Assembly: GCA_047495785.1 (NCBI GenBank) | Contig: JBLDXI010000011.1 | Coordinates: forward strand, 1,674,001 to 1,738,000 | Reading direction: 5' to 3' | DNA from: Lepidodermella squamata | Taxonomy: Eukaryota > Animalia > Gastrotricha | DNA length: 64,000 nucleotides | Part shown: one piece after another, positions 46,561 to 59,089 of the stretch | Layout: every line of letters starts with the position of its first letter | Position numbering within the stretch: the first letter of the stretch is position 1 | Notes under the pieces: model-generated | Databases searched by the model: none | Seen by the model: only the letters and a program-made list of their open reading frames with translations | Told to the model about the DNA's origin: nothing | Made by a program: the position numbers and the translations under genes

Positions 46561-49500
46561 TCAATTCAGTTTACGATTCTTAGCAGTCTTTGCTTTCGAT
46601 AAAACTTTGGCAGCCAATCGACGCTTCTGAGACTGCGAAGGCATATGCGTAGCAGCAGCGTCCGAAGGGCGAGAAGACGCTATAAACCACGATGAAACCG
46701 AGTTACGGCCCCGCTTCCCCACTTGCTGAGGTCTAGAAGAACCCGAGGCATATTTTCGTCTGCTCGTAGCAGTCGGCTGAACCGGAATTCTAGCATTCAG
46801 TCTATGCTCGTGCTGCTTCGAGCTCCATTTCGCGAACAAGCTCTCTAGAGAAGCAGCGCCGATTTGGCTGACTTTTGCCATTCGAGTTGAAAGTCTTCGA
46901 GTCTGAGCGTTCAACGTACTGCTCTGAGACTGCTTCAGTAGTTCGACAACTTTGGCACAGGCAGCATTAAATTCAGAGATAGTTCGCTCCGTATCAGTAT
47001 CCCTGCCAGTTTCAACATCAGCATCAATGACATCAGATGGAGGAACAGCATTACTGGGAGAGAGAGGAGTCATTTCAAGCGTAATTAGTGAACCATGCGG
47101 ATTAAAATCGAATGCAGATTCTGGGTGGTCAGCAAAGAAACTAAGATCAGGAGCACTGCCACATGCAATCATTGACAGCAGTTGTAGCACTTCGGGATTT
47201 GCGATAATCATTTGATTAAGAGGCAAGGGCACATCTCGCTCCTGTGCCAGTGACATTTGATGTTTGCAAACACGCCCAACCGCTCCATACTTATCATCAT
47301 CATCATTTTATTCGTAAATAAATATTTACAGGATTAGAAGGGCAGGCCACTTACACTAACCCGATTAGTTGTCATATAGTGTACTATTTTTTGATATTAA
47401 GTTTCCTTTACAGTATTGCAATAAATTTACACGATTAAGATTATTTTTAAATAAAGCATTCTTCGTAGTAAGAGGTAGGCTATCATCGAAGTCAAAAATA
47501 TGAGGCGGTAAACGATTCCATATATTTACAATACGATTTAAGAAGTAATTTTTATATATAGGCTTCGTAGGATTTTTAAAGTTATTATTAGGGTTAAGTA
47601 CATTAAATCTGAACCGATGACCACGATTATTATTTTGCACAACAATTATATTATTTTTGATGGTTGTTTGCACGGACCCGTTAATAATTTTAAATAAGAA
47701 GCAAAGGTCGTAGATAAGGCGTCGTTCTTCGAGGGATTTAATATTCAGAATATTGAGGCGCTGTATATAATTCGGCCTAGAGTAGTTAATAGTTGAGAAT
47801 CCAAGAGCACGGCGAGTGAAATTAGCTTGTACTTTCTCAATAAGATCAATTATTGTTTTCAGACAGGGTGACCATACAGTTGTGCAATATTCCAATAATG
47901 GCCTAACATATACACAGTAGGCCCATTTGAGGATATGAGGAGGTTGGCCTTTCAGGGCCCTGAGAATAAGGTTAGCCCGATTGTAGGCTTTAGAAATTAT
48001 ATCATTGATGTGAGATTTAAAATTCAACCTATCATCAACTATCAGACCCAAATCTTTATAGCTTGAGCACTTTTTAAGAGGTGAGCCACCGAGGACGTAA
48101 GTAGAATGAGGATTTTTTGGGCCCAGGTGCAGTACGGCACACTTTTCCAGCGATAACTTTAGTTGCCAAGTTGTGATCCACTTGAATAAATTATTGAGCG
48201 ATAAAGATAGGCGTTTAGAGGCGGAGTCATCGTCACGATAGAAAAGAACGTAAAGCTTACAATCGTCAGCGAAGAGTTTGATCGAGACACCTTTCGGTAG
48301 GGAAGAGGTGAGATCATTTATATGGATAAGGAATAATAGAGGACCAAGTACCGAGCCTTACTTACAGCTACAGATCCAGTTCGCTAGATCGACGATGTAG
48401 ATATCGCCATTACCGGTTGTTATTTCGTGATGCATTTCGTCAATAGAGTTAACATGTTCAATATCAGCGTGACTACGACGCAACCATTCCGTTTTTAATT
48501 CGCGGCGCCCGGAGGAAAATTCAAGCAGCTTGTCTCGGAAAAATTGCGAAAAAGAACCGATCATGTATTCCGCCAAATCAACTGGATCATACGCCCGAAC
48601 ACGTGATAGTATGACGTCTTTAATAAGGCCCACGCATCTTTCGACTAGGTTATTTGTCATATGACCCATACACTCCGAGGCGCGGAATGCCATAACCCAT
48701 TTTTCGAAATCGCCAAGATGACCCAATAAATAATCTCGCAGATTTTTCATCTCCTTGACAAGAGGATCGGCGAGAAGGTCTCTCTTTCGAGATTCGTATT
48801 CTTCCGGTGTAGATGCGTAGCCAACCGAGTGAAAAACTGAACGAACATTGATTAAAAATTGCGAGGAAATTAATGGCAAGTTGACTTACGCTGAAAAATG
48901 CGGACCCAACTTTCTTGAGGAACGTTGTTTTTTCGGTTTATTAACCATCTCCAAACTGCTTGTAGCACGTGGAATATGCAGTAAAAAAGTTTGGAAGATG
49001 GAAATGCAGCACTTAAGCCCAATTGCTCAGCGTCGCTCATATCCGTAAGAAAACAAGCAACGTCTTGCCCCAGCCAAGCTCTTGCGATTTTAAAGACGAT
49101 CGTGTAACATTCCGCAGATTGATTGCTGTGAATCGCAACAAGACAAGGCAATGCGCCCACAGAAGACGCGGATACAAGCAACGTAAGGCTGCAATTAGTA
49201 AGATCGACGCTTGCCGTTGAATCGGAGAATAACAAATTCCGCGCCTGATGCACCATTTCGAAGACACGATGCATTAACGATGTTCGAATGACCAATGTCC
49301 ACAGAGTTTGCCCATCGTGTTCCCATATCTTTTATATTAAAACCATCAGTAACAAAAATACATCGCAATACGTACAATTACCTTAAGTTTTGCCACATCT
49401 GGATTTTTGTTTGCAAAGACACGAAGCCTTTCAAGGAGAGCTTCTTGAGTCCTCTCTCCATATAAACTTATTGTTTCCAGGTCCTTAAGATAATACCAAT

Positions 49501-50448
49501 CCCGCTTCGTGGGGCAAACAGCACGATCCGCAGCAAGAACAGCAGGATGAACTTGAGGGAAACGAGCTTCGAGGTCGTTCCTGTACCTCATTGCTGCCTG
49601 TGTGACGCTTGTAGATGTCTGCAAGAAGTCCCTCATCCTTCTCTTAGAATCCTCCGACAAAGTCTTCCACCGCAAAGCAGTGCGTCCGAAAACGCAGTGG
49701 TTATGACACCATTCGATCTATCGTAAAGATTCACTTGAAAACTCTGCGTCATCATTGCTAATTTCATTACTCACCTCAAGTATGAGAGGCAGCTCATCAC
49801 ACCACCAATCTCTAGACTTTCTTTTACGATAAGCTTCGGGATTGTCTTTCTTCAACTGCGCTACACAAGGCAAAACCGTAAGAGTCAGTTTAGATTGACA
49901 CCCGGTGATTCTGCGAAGGGGGACGTCAAGCTCCTCCACATTCTTCTTCTCAGCTGGGCAATTTTCAGCTGAAGCAGCCTTTCGAGAAACGTGCTTGCCT
50001 GTCTTGTGATCAGCTCGACCACAAACTCGTGAAACTTTTGTATCAACCTAAGTATTGCATTGGTTATAAGCATGTGTTATAAAAAGAAGTGGAAACTTGC
50101 CCTGACACCTTTCGGATCGGGGTTTTGTGATGGTGCTTCCTTAAATTGACAATTTAAGGACTTCTCCACGTAATTAATAAAATCATACGCGTCGTATCGA
50201 CCAAATCGGGCCTTCAATTTCCAGTTAGCACCATCTTTGCTAAAAGACTCCATATGAGCACTGCCCGCCAGACTAGGGGGGAAAACGTCAACCAGTTCAT
50301 CTGGTAAAGGAACTTTAGCCACTTCAGGCTTTCGGTGACTCGAAACACTCCTGATGGCACTTTTAGGAGCAGACACGACAGGTTTCGACTTAACCGCAGA
50401 ACCGAAAGTGGGCTTTTTGAAATCTTCATCAGAACTTATTGAACTCAT
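46561..50448 (-). pseudogene. Spliced MULE/SWIM transposase interrupted by a LINE
   Basis: DSTASVD (D), FLTDMSDAE (D), YCIFH, TNNLVE (E). The SWIM motif CSCK|YGAVGRVCKH is split by the CR1-like insertion. Four short introns restore the frame, one of them GC-AG (50048-50100). Confidence 0.85.
47294..48358 (-). mobile_element. 5'-truncated CR1-like LINE
   Basis: Open frame from GSVLGPLLF..YINDL through LFADD to YVRPLLEYCTTVWSP and IEKVQ; AATAAA plus (TGA)n tail; 6-bp TSD tactta (47288-47293 and 48359-48364). Confidence 0.92.
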
Positions 50449-52226
50449 TATCTCAAGAACCCTAGAAAAGATTATTTCCATACATTTACATCCTTACATC
50501 AAGACACCTCGAAGATCTCTAACCTGCCGCTCAACGCTGAAAGAGCAGGCGACAGACCCCGCAAAATAAAACCCGCGTTTAATGGCGGCTCTAAAAATTA
50601 AAAAATTACTAATAACAATTATTTTATTTATATATTTATATTAAAATTTAATTAGTAAACACAAGTGAAGAAATCGCGCAAAAATTTGAATTTCTTTTCC
50701 GGTTTGCGTAATTTTGGCCCGGACGGAACTACGATGGGCCCGGAATTGAGCTTCATATCCATCGGAGTTCAAGGTTTTCTCCCGAATTCACCAATACGAG
50801 CCCTCGTTCCAGGTTGCACCGAGGAAATGCTGTACGAAGTACTGAAAAGCATTATGTTTTACCTTCACCCCATTATTTCAAACGTCGATCGCTCCCATAC
50901 AGATATGTTTGGTCTATCTATACTTCACTTCGAAGAGGAAATGAGAGAAGCTATCGACAAGCCAGAACTGATAGCTAATTGGTGGAACTATCGAACTACG
51001 TATTACGACCTGATTTTAATTACCGCCTTAGCCCTTAACAAAACTGAGGAAGTGCTTCGCTCACGCAATGATTCTCTGCTTAACTGGACATTGGAGTCGA
51101 AACATTTCCAGACACGCGGGAGGGAAATAAGGGATTTACTTAGCCAAAGCATCGTGGAAACTTCTTTCAAGGGTTTATTTGTTGTGAAAAAGTCCCGTTC
51201 TGACTGGAACGCTCTGAAAGGGCAAACAGCCTTTTACCAAATTCAAGAGCGAGAAATCGGCTCGGAAAATTTGACCTTGTCTGAGCGACAAACACGAGCT
51301 CTTGTCGTAATTTACAATCAAAACGATCCGAATCCGATACTCAAGTTGGGGCCCGAAAAGCTGATATGGAGGACAAAGGATGGCTTGCCTCCAAAAGACT
51401 CACAATTTACGTCAAAAAACCGTTGATACCTGCTAAGAACTGCGTTGTTTTACTTGTAATCTCGATTTTATTAATTTTGTGGGCAGCTATCGGATTTTTC
51501 GATGTCGCTTGGAGGAGGTCTGTCGGGTTTCTAGTATCTGGTCTCAACTTCTTTGGCTGCAACCTATTGCTCAGCTTAGTCATTCTGACAAGGGCTGAGC
51601 CGTTCACATCACTAAATTTCGCAGTTCAATTCATGGTTCATGGCTGCTGTTGCCCTGCTAATCTCTGGCCTATCGCTAGTCATAGCGACGATTATGACCA
51701 AACTCAAGTGGGCGAAATCGTGTTTAGGCCATCTGGGTACCTCCAGCAGCAGGAAGCCAACTTCGTTCGCTCAATATGCAAATCGTAAGAAGGAAAAAGC
51801 GCGTGTGTCAGTGATCAGTAGTAGTTCAGCTATGAAATTCGCGAGAAAGGAGGATGTAAAAGCAGCAATTGCATCTGTTCTTCTTGCTTTGATTCAAGTT
51901 ATCCTTGCTACAACGTGGCTATGCATCGACCCGCTGGTCTTGGGGGTCGAGATTGGCGAATTGACGGACGACCCGAACGACATAAGTGTTGTTTATCAAC
52001 AATTTTGGAATTTTCCCGAACTCGGGGCTTCTTTGGTATTAGCGACAGGCTTTATTAGCTGCATTGGAGTGATCAGTGGCCATGTTTTCCTAAATATGAT
52101 CCTCCTTATCGTCAATTTGACTCACATACCTCCAAGAGGCATAGCTGATTTGAATCCGTTTCGATATCTGGGCCAGTACCTGATGTTGCTGGCACTAGCT
52201 AGCGTAGCAGTATGCCTGCCATTCGC

Positions 52227-52271
52227 ATCGGGTGATCGGGTGATCGGGTGATCGGGTGATCGGGTGATCGG
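52227..52271. repeat. (ATCGGGTG)5.6 tandem octamer
   Basis: Direct reading; it replaces the start of TM7 in the GPCR pseudogene. Confidence 0.9.
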
Positions 52272-52770
52272 TTATTTGCAGCTGTGTGACGGCAATTGCA
52301 GCTTTAAATTTGTCCTTTGTGTCATTTTCTATCTTATCCAGGCTGTTCAAAGCTAAAAAAGACCCATAGCATAGTGGCTTAGCATAAATAGCGCGCTTTG
52401 AAATGGCTTTTAATTAATCAAAATAAATGGAAAAACTTGCACTTGAACATTGTGGACATGATTTAGGAACTTATATTTTTAGCTATTCGCTGTAGACGAG
52501 AGCTAGAAGGTTCGAAAGAGTCGGATGTCAGCTAATTTTAACCACTATTTAACACGTTGTGCGGACTTTTTCAAATAGACGACGCGTCGTGTGTCAGACG
52601 AGTTTCAAGCCGACGCTTGCGAAGATGTAAATCTTTAATGAACGGACTAATTACAGATCATTCTACTACTCGATGCATAGAATGAACTCGCGTACGAGGA
52701 GTGAGCGTCTAATGAGGAGTTGCTTGAATGACCACTACATCAAGCAAACACGTCGCTTTTATGCTTCGAA

Positions 52771-55563
52771 ATGTGCTGGCTTGAAATTTTAGGTTTTCTC
52801 ATTGTAGCAGGATCTTGCCAATCAAACAAACTGAGCCTGAATTCGCCTATGCCGCGATTAATATCATCACCGTTGGCGCCCTGGGAAAACCGTACAAAGC
52901 TGACTATATCGGCCGTTATGTCTTACGGTACGGTATTTAATCTTTTTTTATAGCTTTTGTATGGTAAAAGGATTCCTTGCTCGATTTTGCTGTCAATAAG
53001 GCAAATTAAGTATAAAAAATTACTCGCAAAGAGACGATTTATGCAATTTAATGCTGACTCTCATAAAATCATGAAAGGATCCTGATTTCAGACCTCTAGG
53101 AAGCTCCTATCCTCCTTAAAAGACGGGAGACGAGAGCTATAGAAAGTTTCGCCACATGGAAAGTTGAAAGTTTGCCAAAAATGCTGCTATTACGCATTCA
53201 TTCGTTTCCATATATTTTAAGGAGGCTTGGCATTTCCTGCCGGGCCGATTTACACGGAAGCCATGAAGATTGCGCTGCAAGTGATTGAGAACCATCGCCT
53301 ACTGCCGAAATACGAGTTGATTTTCGAAATGATCGATGATGAGGTATGATTCACACTGGTCGCCAAAACAATCGATAATACTCATTTTATTGCATGTACA
53401 GTGCAACTTCTCTGCGGCGCCAAAAATACTGTTAGATGTTGTTGCGCGTTCAACTGGCCACGCCAATAAACTACCCTATTTCTTGAGTGGCGCTTGCGGT
53501 AACGACCGATCCGGCAATATAGTTCACCATCTTAATTTAACTGCGGTAAGAATTTTATTTCTGTCTTGAAAAAATGGCTTTAGGTTTCCGTTTTGAAGAT
53601 AACATTAAAAGGCATAGAAAGCACGATGTATCAGAAGGCGGATGAGTATCGTAACTTCCATATGATGCAGGCGGCCCACGACATTTTCTTCGAATCCTTG
53701 GCGAAATTCTTCGCCGCTAACCGCTGGAAAAAAGTATTCATAGCCTCTGAAGCGCTTGATTTTGCTAATTACGAAGACGCTATGATTGCATTGAAGTGCA
53801 ATGAATCGGGGGTAATTGCCGATACGACAACTAAGTTCATTTTTGACCGGGAGAAATATTTCATGCCGCCCGTAGAAGAACTCGAGCTTCAGCTCTCAGC
53901 TTTAAAAGCTAGATCGCCCCGTATCATAGTCATCAACACGGCTATTGTAGCAACGGTTGCTTGTGTTCTGCATCGTTTCAACATGTACGGTCCTGGTTAC
54001 GTCTTGTTCTTCCTTGGCGCTCGAGACTTTTTGCCAAACACAATGCAGAGATTCCTGGTCCCGGGTTGCACGGAAGAAAAGCTGTTCGAGGTTCTGAAAA
54101 GCGTTATATTTTACAACCACGCTATAGAGTCGAACTTGGACCCTGATCGGCTAGATCAGTTCGGAACATCTATTAAACGATTTGATGACCTGATGCGGGA
54201 GAAAATTGATAAGCCGGAGCTTATGGGTCATTGGTGGAATTACAGAACGACCTATTACGATCTCGTAATACTTACCGCTCTTGCATTGAACAAAACAGAG
54301 GAAATTATTCTGTCGAAAAATCAATCACTTATTGATTGGACTATGGACTCAGCTAACTTCTACTCGCGTGGTGGAGAATTTCGAGATTTACTCAGTGAAA
54401 GCCTTACCAGCCTGCCTTTCAAGGGACTATTTGTCGAAATGCGGAACAGCTCAGATTGGAATGCTTCGAAAGGCAAGGCAGTGTTTTACCAGGTTCAAGA
54501 GAGGAAAGACGTTGATGGAAATGTTACATTTTCAGAAAGACTGAGACGGGCAGCGGTTGCAATTTTCGATGAAAACATGGAAAATCCCACAATTTTCTTT
54601 GGGCCCGAAAAGTTGATGTGGAAAACGAAGGATGGCTTGCCTCCAAGGGATTCCGTTCTCGTCATCCTGATTAGAACCTCGGCGATTCCCATCACTGCTA
54701 GAGCTTCATTAGCGTCGATATCTGTGCTACTAATTATTGCTAGTGTTGTTGGGGTTTTGATCATTGCTGTTAAGAGGAAACGATCTCAATTCGTGTTGAT
54801 CTTCAACTTGGTAGGATGCATCCTAATGCTATGCAGCCATCTACTCACGATGGTTGAGCCTTCTAATCCTGAAAGTTTCAACCGTCAATTTATGGTGGCC
54901 GTTGTAGCTTTTGTATTCGGATATTCACTCGTCATAGCAACCATCATGACCAAACTCGAGTGGGCACGGCATTGTGTAGAAAAATCGAAGAGTCTCAACT
55001 TCATGATTCAAACGATTACAAAACGGCGGCAAATCAAAACAGCCTTGATCACCTTGCTAGCTTCAAAGGAGGACGTGAAAGCGGCACTCTCTTCAATCAT
55101 CATTGCTGTTGCGCCAAGTATTTTAGCAATAATTTGGCTATCCATCGATCCGTTTGTTACTAAGGCTGAAAATGACGGGGAAATTGAGCAAGATCAAGCT
55201 GATATAAGCTTAGCTTTCCAACATTTTTCGACCTTCCCCAGCATTGGTTCATCTTCTAATTTGGCCATAGGATTTATCAGTACCTTCGGGGCAATTTGCT
55301 CTTATGTCTTCCTTAACATGCTGACTTTGATTTTAAGGCTTAATCAAACAAAGATTCCGTTCTTCGTTGCAGATTCAAAGCCGATTCGGTATTTGGGCCA
55401 ATATATGATGCTGTTATCGCTGGCAAGCGTCACGATATGCTTTTCTTTTGCTTCGCTAGACCGCGGCTTATTTATCACTGTGTTTTCCAGCTGTGTAACG
55501 GCTACTGCGGCTTTGGATGTATTCTTTGTTTTACTTCCGATGTTGTTTTCCATTAAAAATTGA
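52771..55563 (+). CDS. Divergent class C GPCR (signal peptide + Venus-flytrap/ANF-receptor-like ectodomain + 7TM; GABA-B-like architecture), ~795-800 aa
   Basis: Exons 52771-52927, 53222-53343, 53402-53545 and 53599 (or 53584)-55563 in frame. LLPKYELIFEMIDDECN, RWKKV, seven hydrophobic helices with GYSL..ATIMTK and W..IDP; no cysteine-rich domain. Confidence 0.85.
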
Positions 55564-55806
55564 CATAATCGATCAGCTTCAGTAGGAGTTAGAATCATTC
55601 CTGCGTGAATCAGCTTTTATTTTATTTGTAGTCCCTTGGAGTTGCCAAAAGTACAAATCCGCGTATTCTTAATAAAAAAGGGCTAGAGAACAAACCAAAG
55701 CATCTGGAAAGGAAGCTGCAAGCAACGTGTATTTTTCAGTTTACAGTTATATTTCCGTTATTCTGAAAGATAGTCGAAAGATTGAGTTTGATTGAATTAA
55801 CAAAGG

Positions 55807-56795
55807 TTAAGAATCTGTTTGAGCTTGTTCTAGTTGGGCTGGACAACCCGAAATGTGCTGGGCGTAAAATGCGTAGATACGAAAATCTTTCCCGCACTTG
55901 CAAACAAAGGGATAGCAACCTAAATAAAGCAGCAATTTTTAGCTTCCACTTTAGAAATTTGATAAGAACTGCTTACCAGTATGTGAGATCATGTGAGTGG
56001 TTACGCTGCAATTAAATGAAAATTTTGTTAAATATTTAAAAAATCAGTCAAAACTCACTCGCGTCGTCTCACAAATCGACGATCGCAAATAAAGCACGCT
56101 AGATGAAAGCTGAGATGATGGTCGAGCCGTTCCTTCTGCGAGAAAAGCCCACCGCAGACCGGGCATCGGAAAGGCAAATCGTTGAGTGTTATGCCATCGG
56201 GAAAGCGTACTCTTTGAACTGAGTCACGTTTGAAGTGAGTCAGTGAGTCAGGTTGAATTTTGGAAGAATTGTCATTTGGGGAAGGTTGTCTGATAGGTTC
56301 CTGCGGCTGGTCAGTCTCAGTAATTGAATTCTCAGCAGGTACTGGAGTGATTGGTCTTTCGACAACAGGATCCGGGTTAACTGGCGTAGCTGCGACCGAT
56401 TGAGGTCCAGCTGTCGTGCATAGATCAGCTCTAACATCTCCGTCCAAATTCTGGGCAAAACTTAGTGTCGTAAGTTTGAATACTGCCGATCTCCGAGATC
56501 TCTTCACACTAGGCTGAGCTACTGCTTCAAGATTTGTAGGCGCTCTTTTTGGTAGTGTTGGCGATGTAGCAAAGTCTCTGTAAGCCGGCACTTCGTTCGA
56601 GGGCAGGGGATAAATATCGTCGTAGTTGCTGAATATCGACGGAGTTCTAACCTGGGGGATGTCTTTTCTTTCAGCCTGGTTCGGTCTCCTATGCGTTGCT
56701 AATAGATGTGAGATCAGCGTCTTTTGGTCGTCGAAGAATAGCCCACAATCGCGGCAAATAACTTCAGACGGAGAGTTTACATACCGCGGTAGCAT
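55807..56795 (-). CDS. C2H2/C2HC zinc-finger protein, ~292 aa
   Basis: Exons 56795-56059, 56005-55977 and 55919-55807. Fingers CRDC..H....H, CPVC..H...H, CFICDRRFVRRRDVTTHMISH(TG) and CKCGKDFRIYAFYAQHISGC. Additional upstream exons cannot be excluded. Confidence 0.8.
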
Positions 56796-58108
56796 CGAAG
56801 AAACGCTTTAAAGCTATAAGATTTTTTAGGTTTTCTATCTTACAATGACAAATAACCACAAAAAGCGTAGCCTATAACACAATGCGCATGCTTTTTTGTT
56901 GTTTTTGGTGGCTTGCGTGGGTTCATGCAGTCCTTTTGTGACGAAATAAGTTGTTTTGTTTAAAAATATGCGTAAATTTACTGATGCAGCTAAACACTTA
57001 ATTACGCGAGCAGGGTCATGTGACATGAGATGAACCTGTTTGTTACTACGCTCGAGGACAATGCTTTTCTTATCAATATTTTTATACCTTGGAAGATTAA
57101 CATTTACAAATTCTCCACAAGCCGGTTTTATAGTCGCTCCTCTTCCAGAGCAATTCAACTGCATTATGGAGCAAATGCTCAACAGTAAAATTTGGTCATC
57201 AAAAAACGCGAGGAGCTTATCGGTTGCCGAACTTCTTTTCAACACCTAGGAGGGTAAATTTGTAAATGTTGCGAACTTTTATTTCGTTTCTCGGTCTAAA
57301 ATTTTCATATTTTTCTATACTATCTATATTTTTCAGAACTAAATTGTCCTTTCTTTGACGAGAATGACCTTGGAATTCTCATTTCAGCTACCTGCTACCA
57401 TCGGCTTTAGGTAGAAACATATCCAACGCTGTCTTCCATAACTTTCAATATCACTAAAATCTCTGATTTGTTAAATTGATACGTGAAATCGATATCCTCC
57501 ATTTAAAAGGTGAACTACAGCTCGTGAACCCAGCCTTCATAGCGCAAAATACGCGAAATGGCGAGTTGGTTAGATATGACGATAAGTGATACTTCAGCTA
57601 CAAGGCTGGAACCTTTAATTTGAGATGTAACAGGGTACACATATGTTTCCTTAGTTCTAATGTTCTCCCTAAAACAATTGGATTGGATTGGATGGTTGTT
57701 AGGGACTTCATTTCAACAAAATGAATAACAGTCATTTCTAGAGAAAGGGCTGAAAAGTCAAAAACCGCTCCTCTTGAAATACAAGAAGTACAAATTAGTT
57801 TGTCCTCTGTTCGTCTGTGTAGATATAACGGATATGTAGGCGTGAAATATCTTCAATTTGCTAATTGAACGCTGTCTATCATGCCCTCTGCCCTCGGCAT
57901 GGAAGTGACAAATATCCAATGACGAGACGATGAACATGGAATTTTCAGTTAATTAAGCACGCTCTCGTAGCGTATTAACCGTGTGCTGCCTAATTGGAGA
58001 GAATTGTAGACAGAGTCGGGTCACAGCTTCAATCACTCTTTCGAAATAATTGCTCCACTTATTTAAAGCCGCTGAAAATTCGATGAGACGGGACTTCATT
58101 TTAACAAA

Positions 58109-58745
58109 ATGATCCAGATTCTGATAGTTTTTCTTTTCTTCAATGCTGGTCGGGCTTCTAAATTTACCATGCAATCTCCAATGCCGGATCTGATCTCTAC
58201 ATCGCCGAATAAGTTTGAAAATCGTTCCAAGCTAACGATTCCACTTGTGATGAGTTACGGTTAGCTCCGTCTTACTTTCTATGACCAATTCGGTTTAAAG
58301 GCTGTTTTTGCCCATCAGGTGGGATTGTTTTTCCTGCTGGACCGATTTATCCCGAAGCCATTCGAATCGCTGTCCAAACTATCGAGCAAAATCGCATTCT
58401 GCCGGATTACGATTTGACTTTCGAACTTATTGACGATGAGGTTTGCAATGTCTTTCGGTTAGGACGAGTTTAACCATAGCTATAATAGCGGTTTACGCAT
58501 GCTACGCCCTTAACGTGGCGACTCTCATTGTGAAGCTGAATCGAAAACTGCCGTTTGAAATCAGCGATTTGAAACCGTTTCGGTATCCAGGCCAGTATTT
58601 ATTGGTACTAACACTTGCTAGCATGGCAATTTGCATTTCTTTCGTTTCGAAAGACCGCAGTGTTTTCCTCACCGCAATCTGCGGCTGCGTCACAGCGATG
58701 GCTGCTCTTGATTTGTCATTTGTCTCAGCCACGCTCGTCGTTTAG
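58109..58745 (+). pseudogene. Internally collapsed class C GPCR paralog
   Basis: Intact exon 1 (58109-58259, ...FENRSKLTIPLVMSY) and exon 2 (58319-58440, ...ILPDYDLTFELIDDE), fused directly to TM5-TM7 sequence (SDLKPFRYPGQYL). Confidence 0.85.
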
Positions 58746-59089
58746 TTCATTGGTAGGAAAAAGAGCGAGATTCCCGCCTGATGATTCATCGTCAAAAGTT
58801 GGAATCTTATAGCGTAACAGTTATATAAATTTATTATAATTTTCGACGATGTTCGTCAGCCAATTCGAAAGAAGTTTTGTTTCAACAATTTATTAATTTT
58901 AATATTTTTTTCAATTTTGAGCAAGGCAAGGCAATGAATTGAAGGCGATTTCTTAATTTCAAAATCAACATCAGATTTGTAGAAATTTCGCTCTCCGACG
59001 ATGTGGCGGATCAAGCAAGCAATTTACGATGAATCGTGCAAAATGTTCCCAAATAAGTACATTTCGAAATAAAACATCAGCCTGTGATC

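Larger units (their letters stand above)
46020..50751 (-). mobile_element. Full-length Mutator (MULE) transposon
   Basis: 9-bp TSD ttcatatcc (46011-46019 and 50752-50760); long TIRs gctcaattccgggcccatcgtagttccgtccgggc; encodes a transposase. Confidence 0.95.
44985..52369 (+). pseudogene. Class C (GABA-B-like) GPCR pseudogene
   Basis: Homologous throughout to 52771-55563 (ILPNYNLTLEFIDDE|CNF, WKKVYVASDA, WWNYRTTYYDL, WRTKDGLPPKDS, IATIMTKL, WLCIDPL). Frameshifts, a MULE insertion at 46020 and an octamer expansion at 52227. Confidence 0.9.

Noticed and set aside
50665-51426. Independent 253-aa gene
   Set aside because: The ORF starts in the MULE right TIR and runs into the broken GPCR exon; it is a chance fusion ending in a frameshift
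56835-57249. Overlapping 136-aa and 69-aa ORFs
   Set aside because: No motifs and no paralog support; probably the upstream region of the zinc-finger gene
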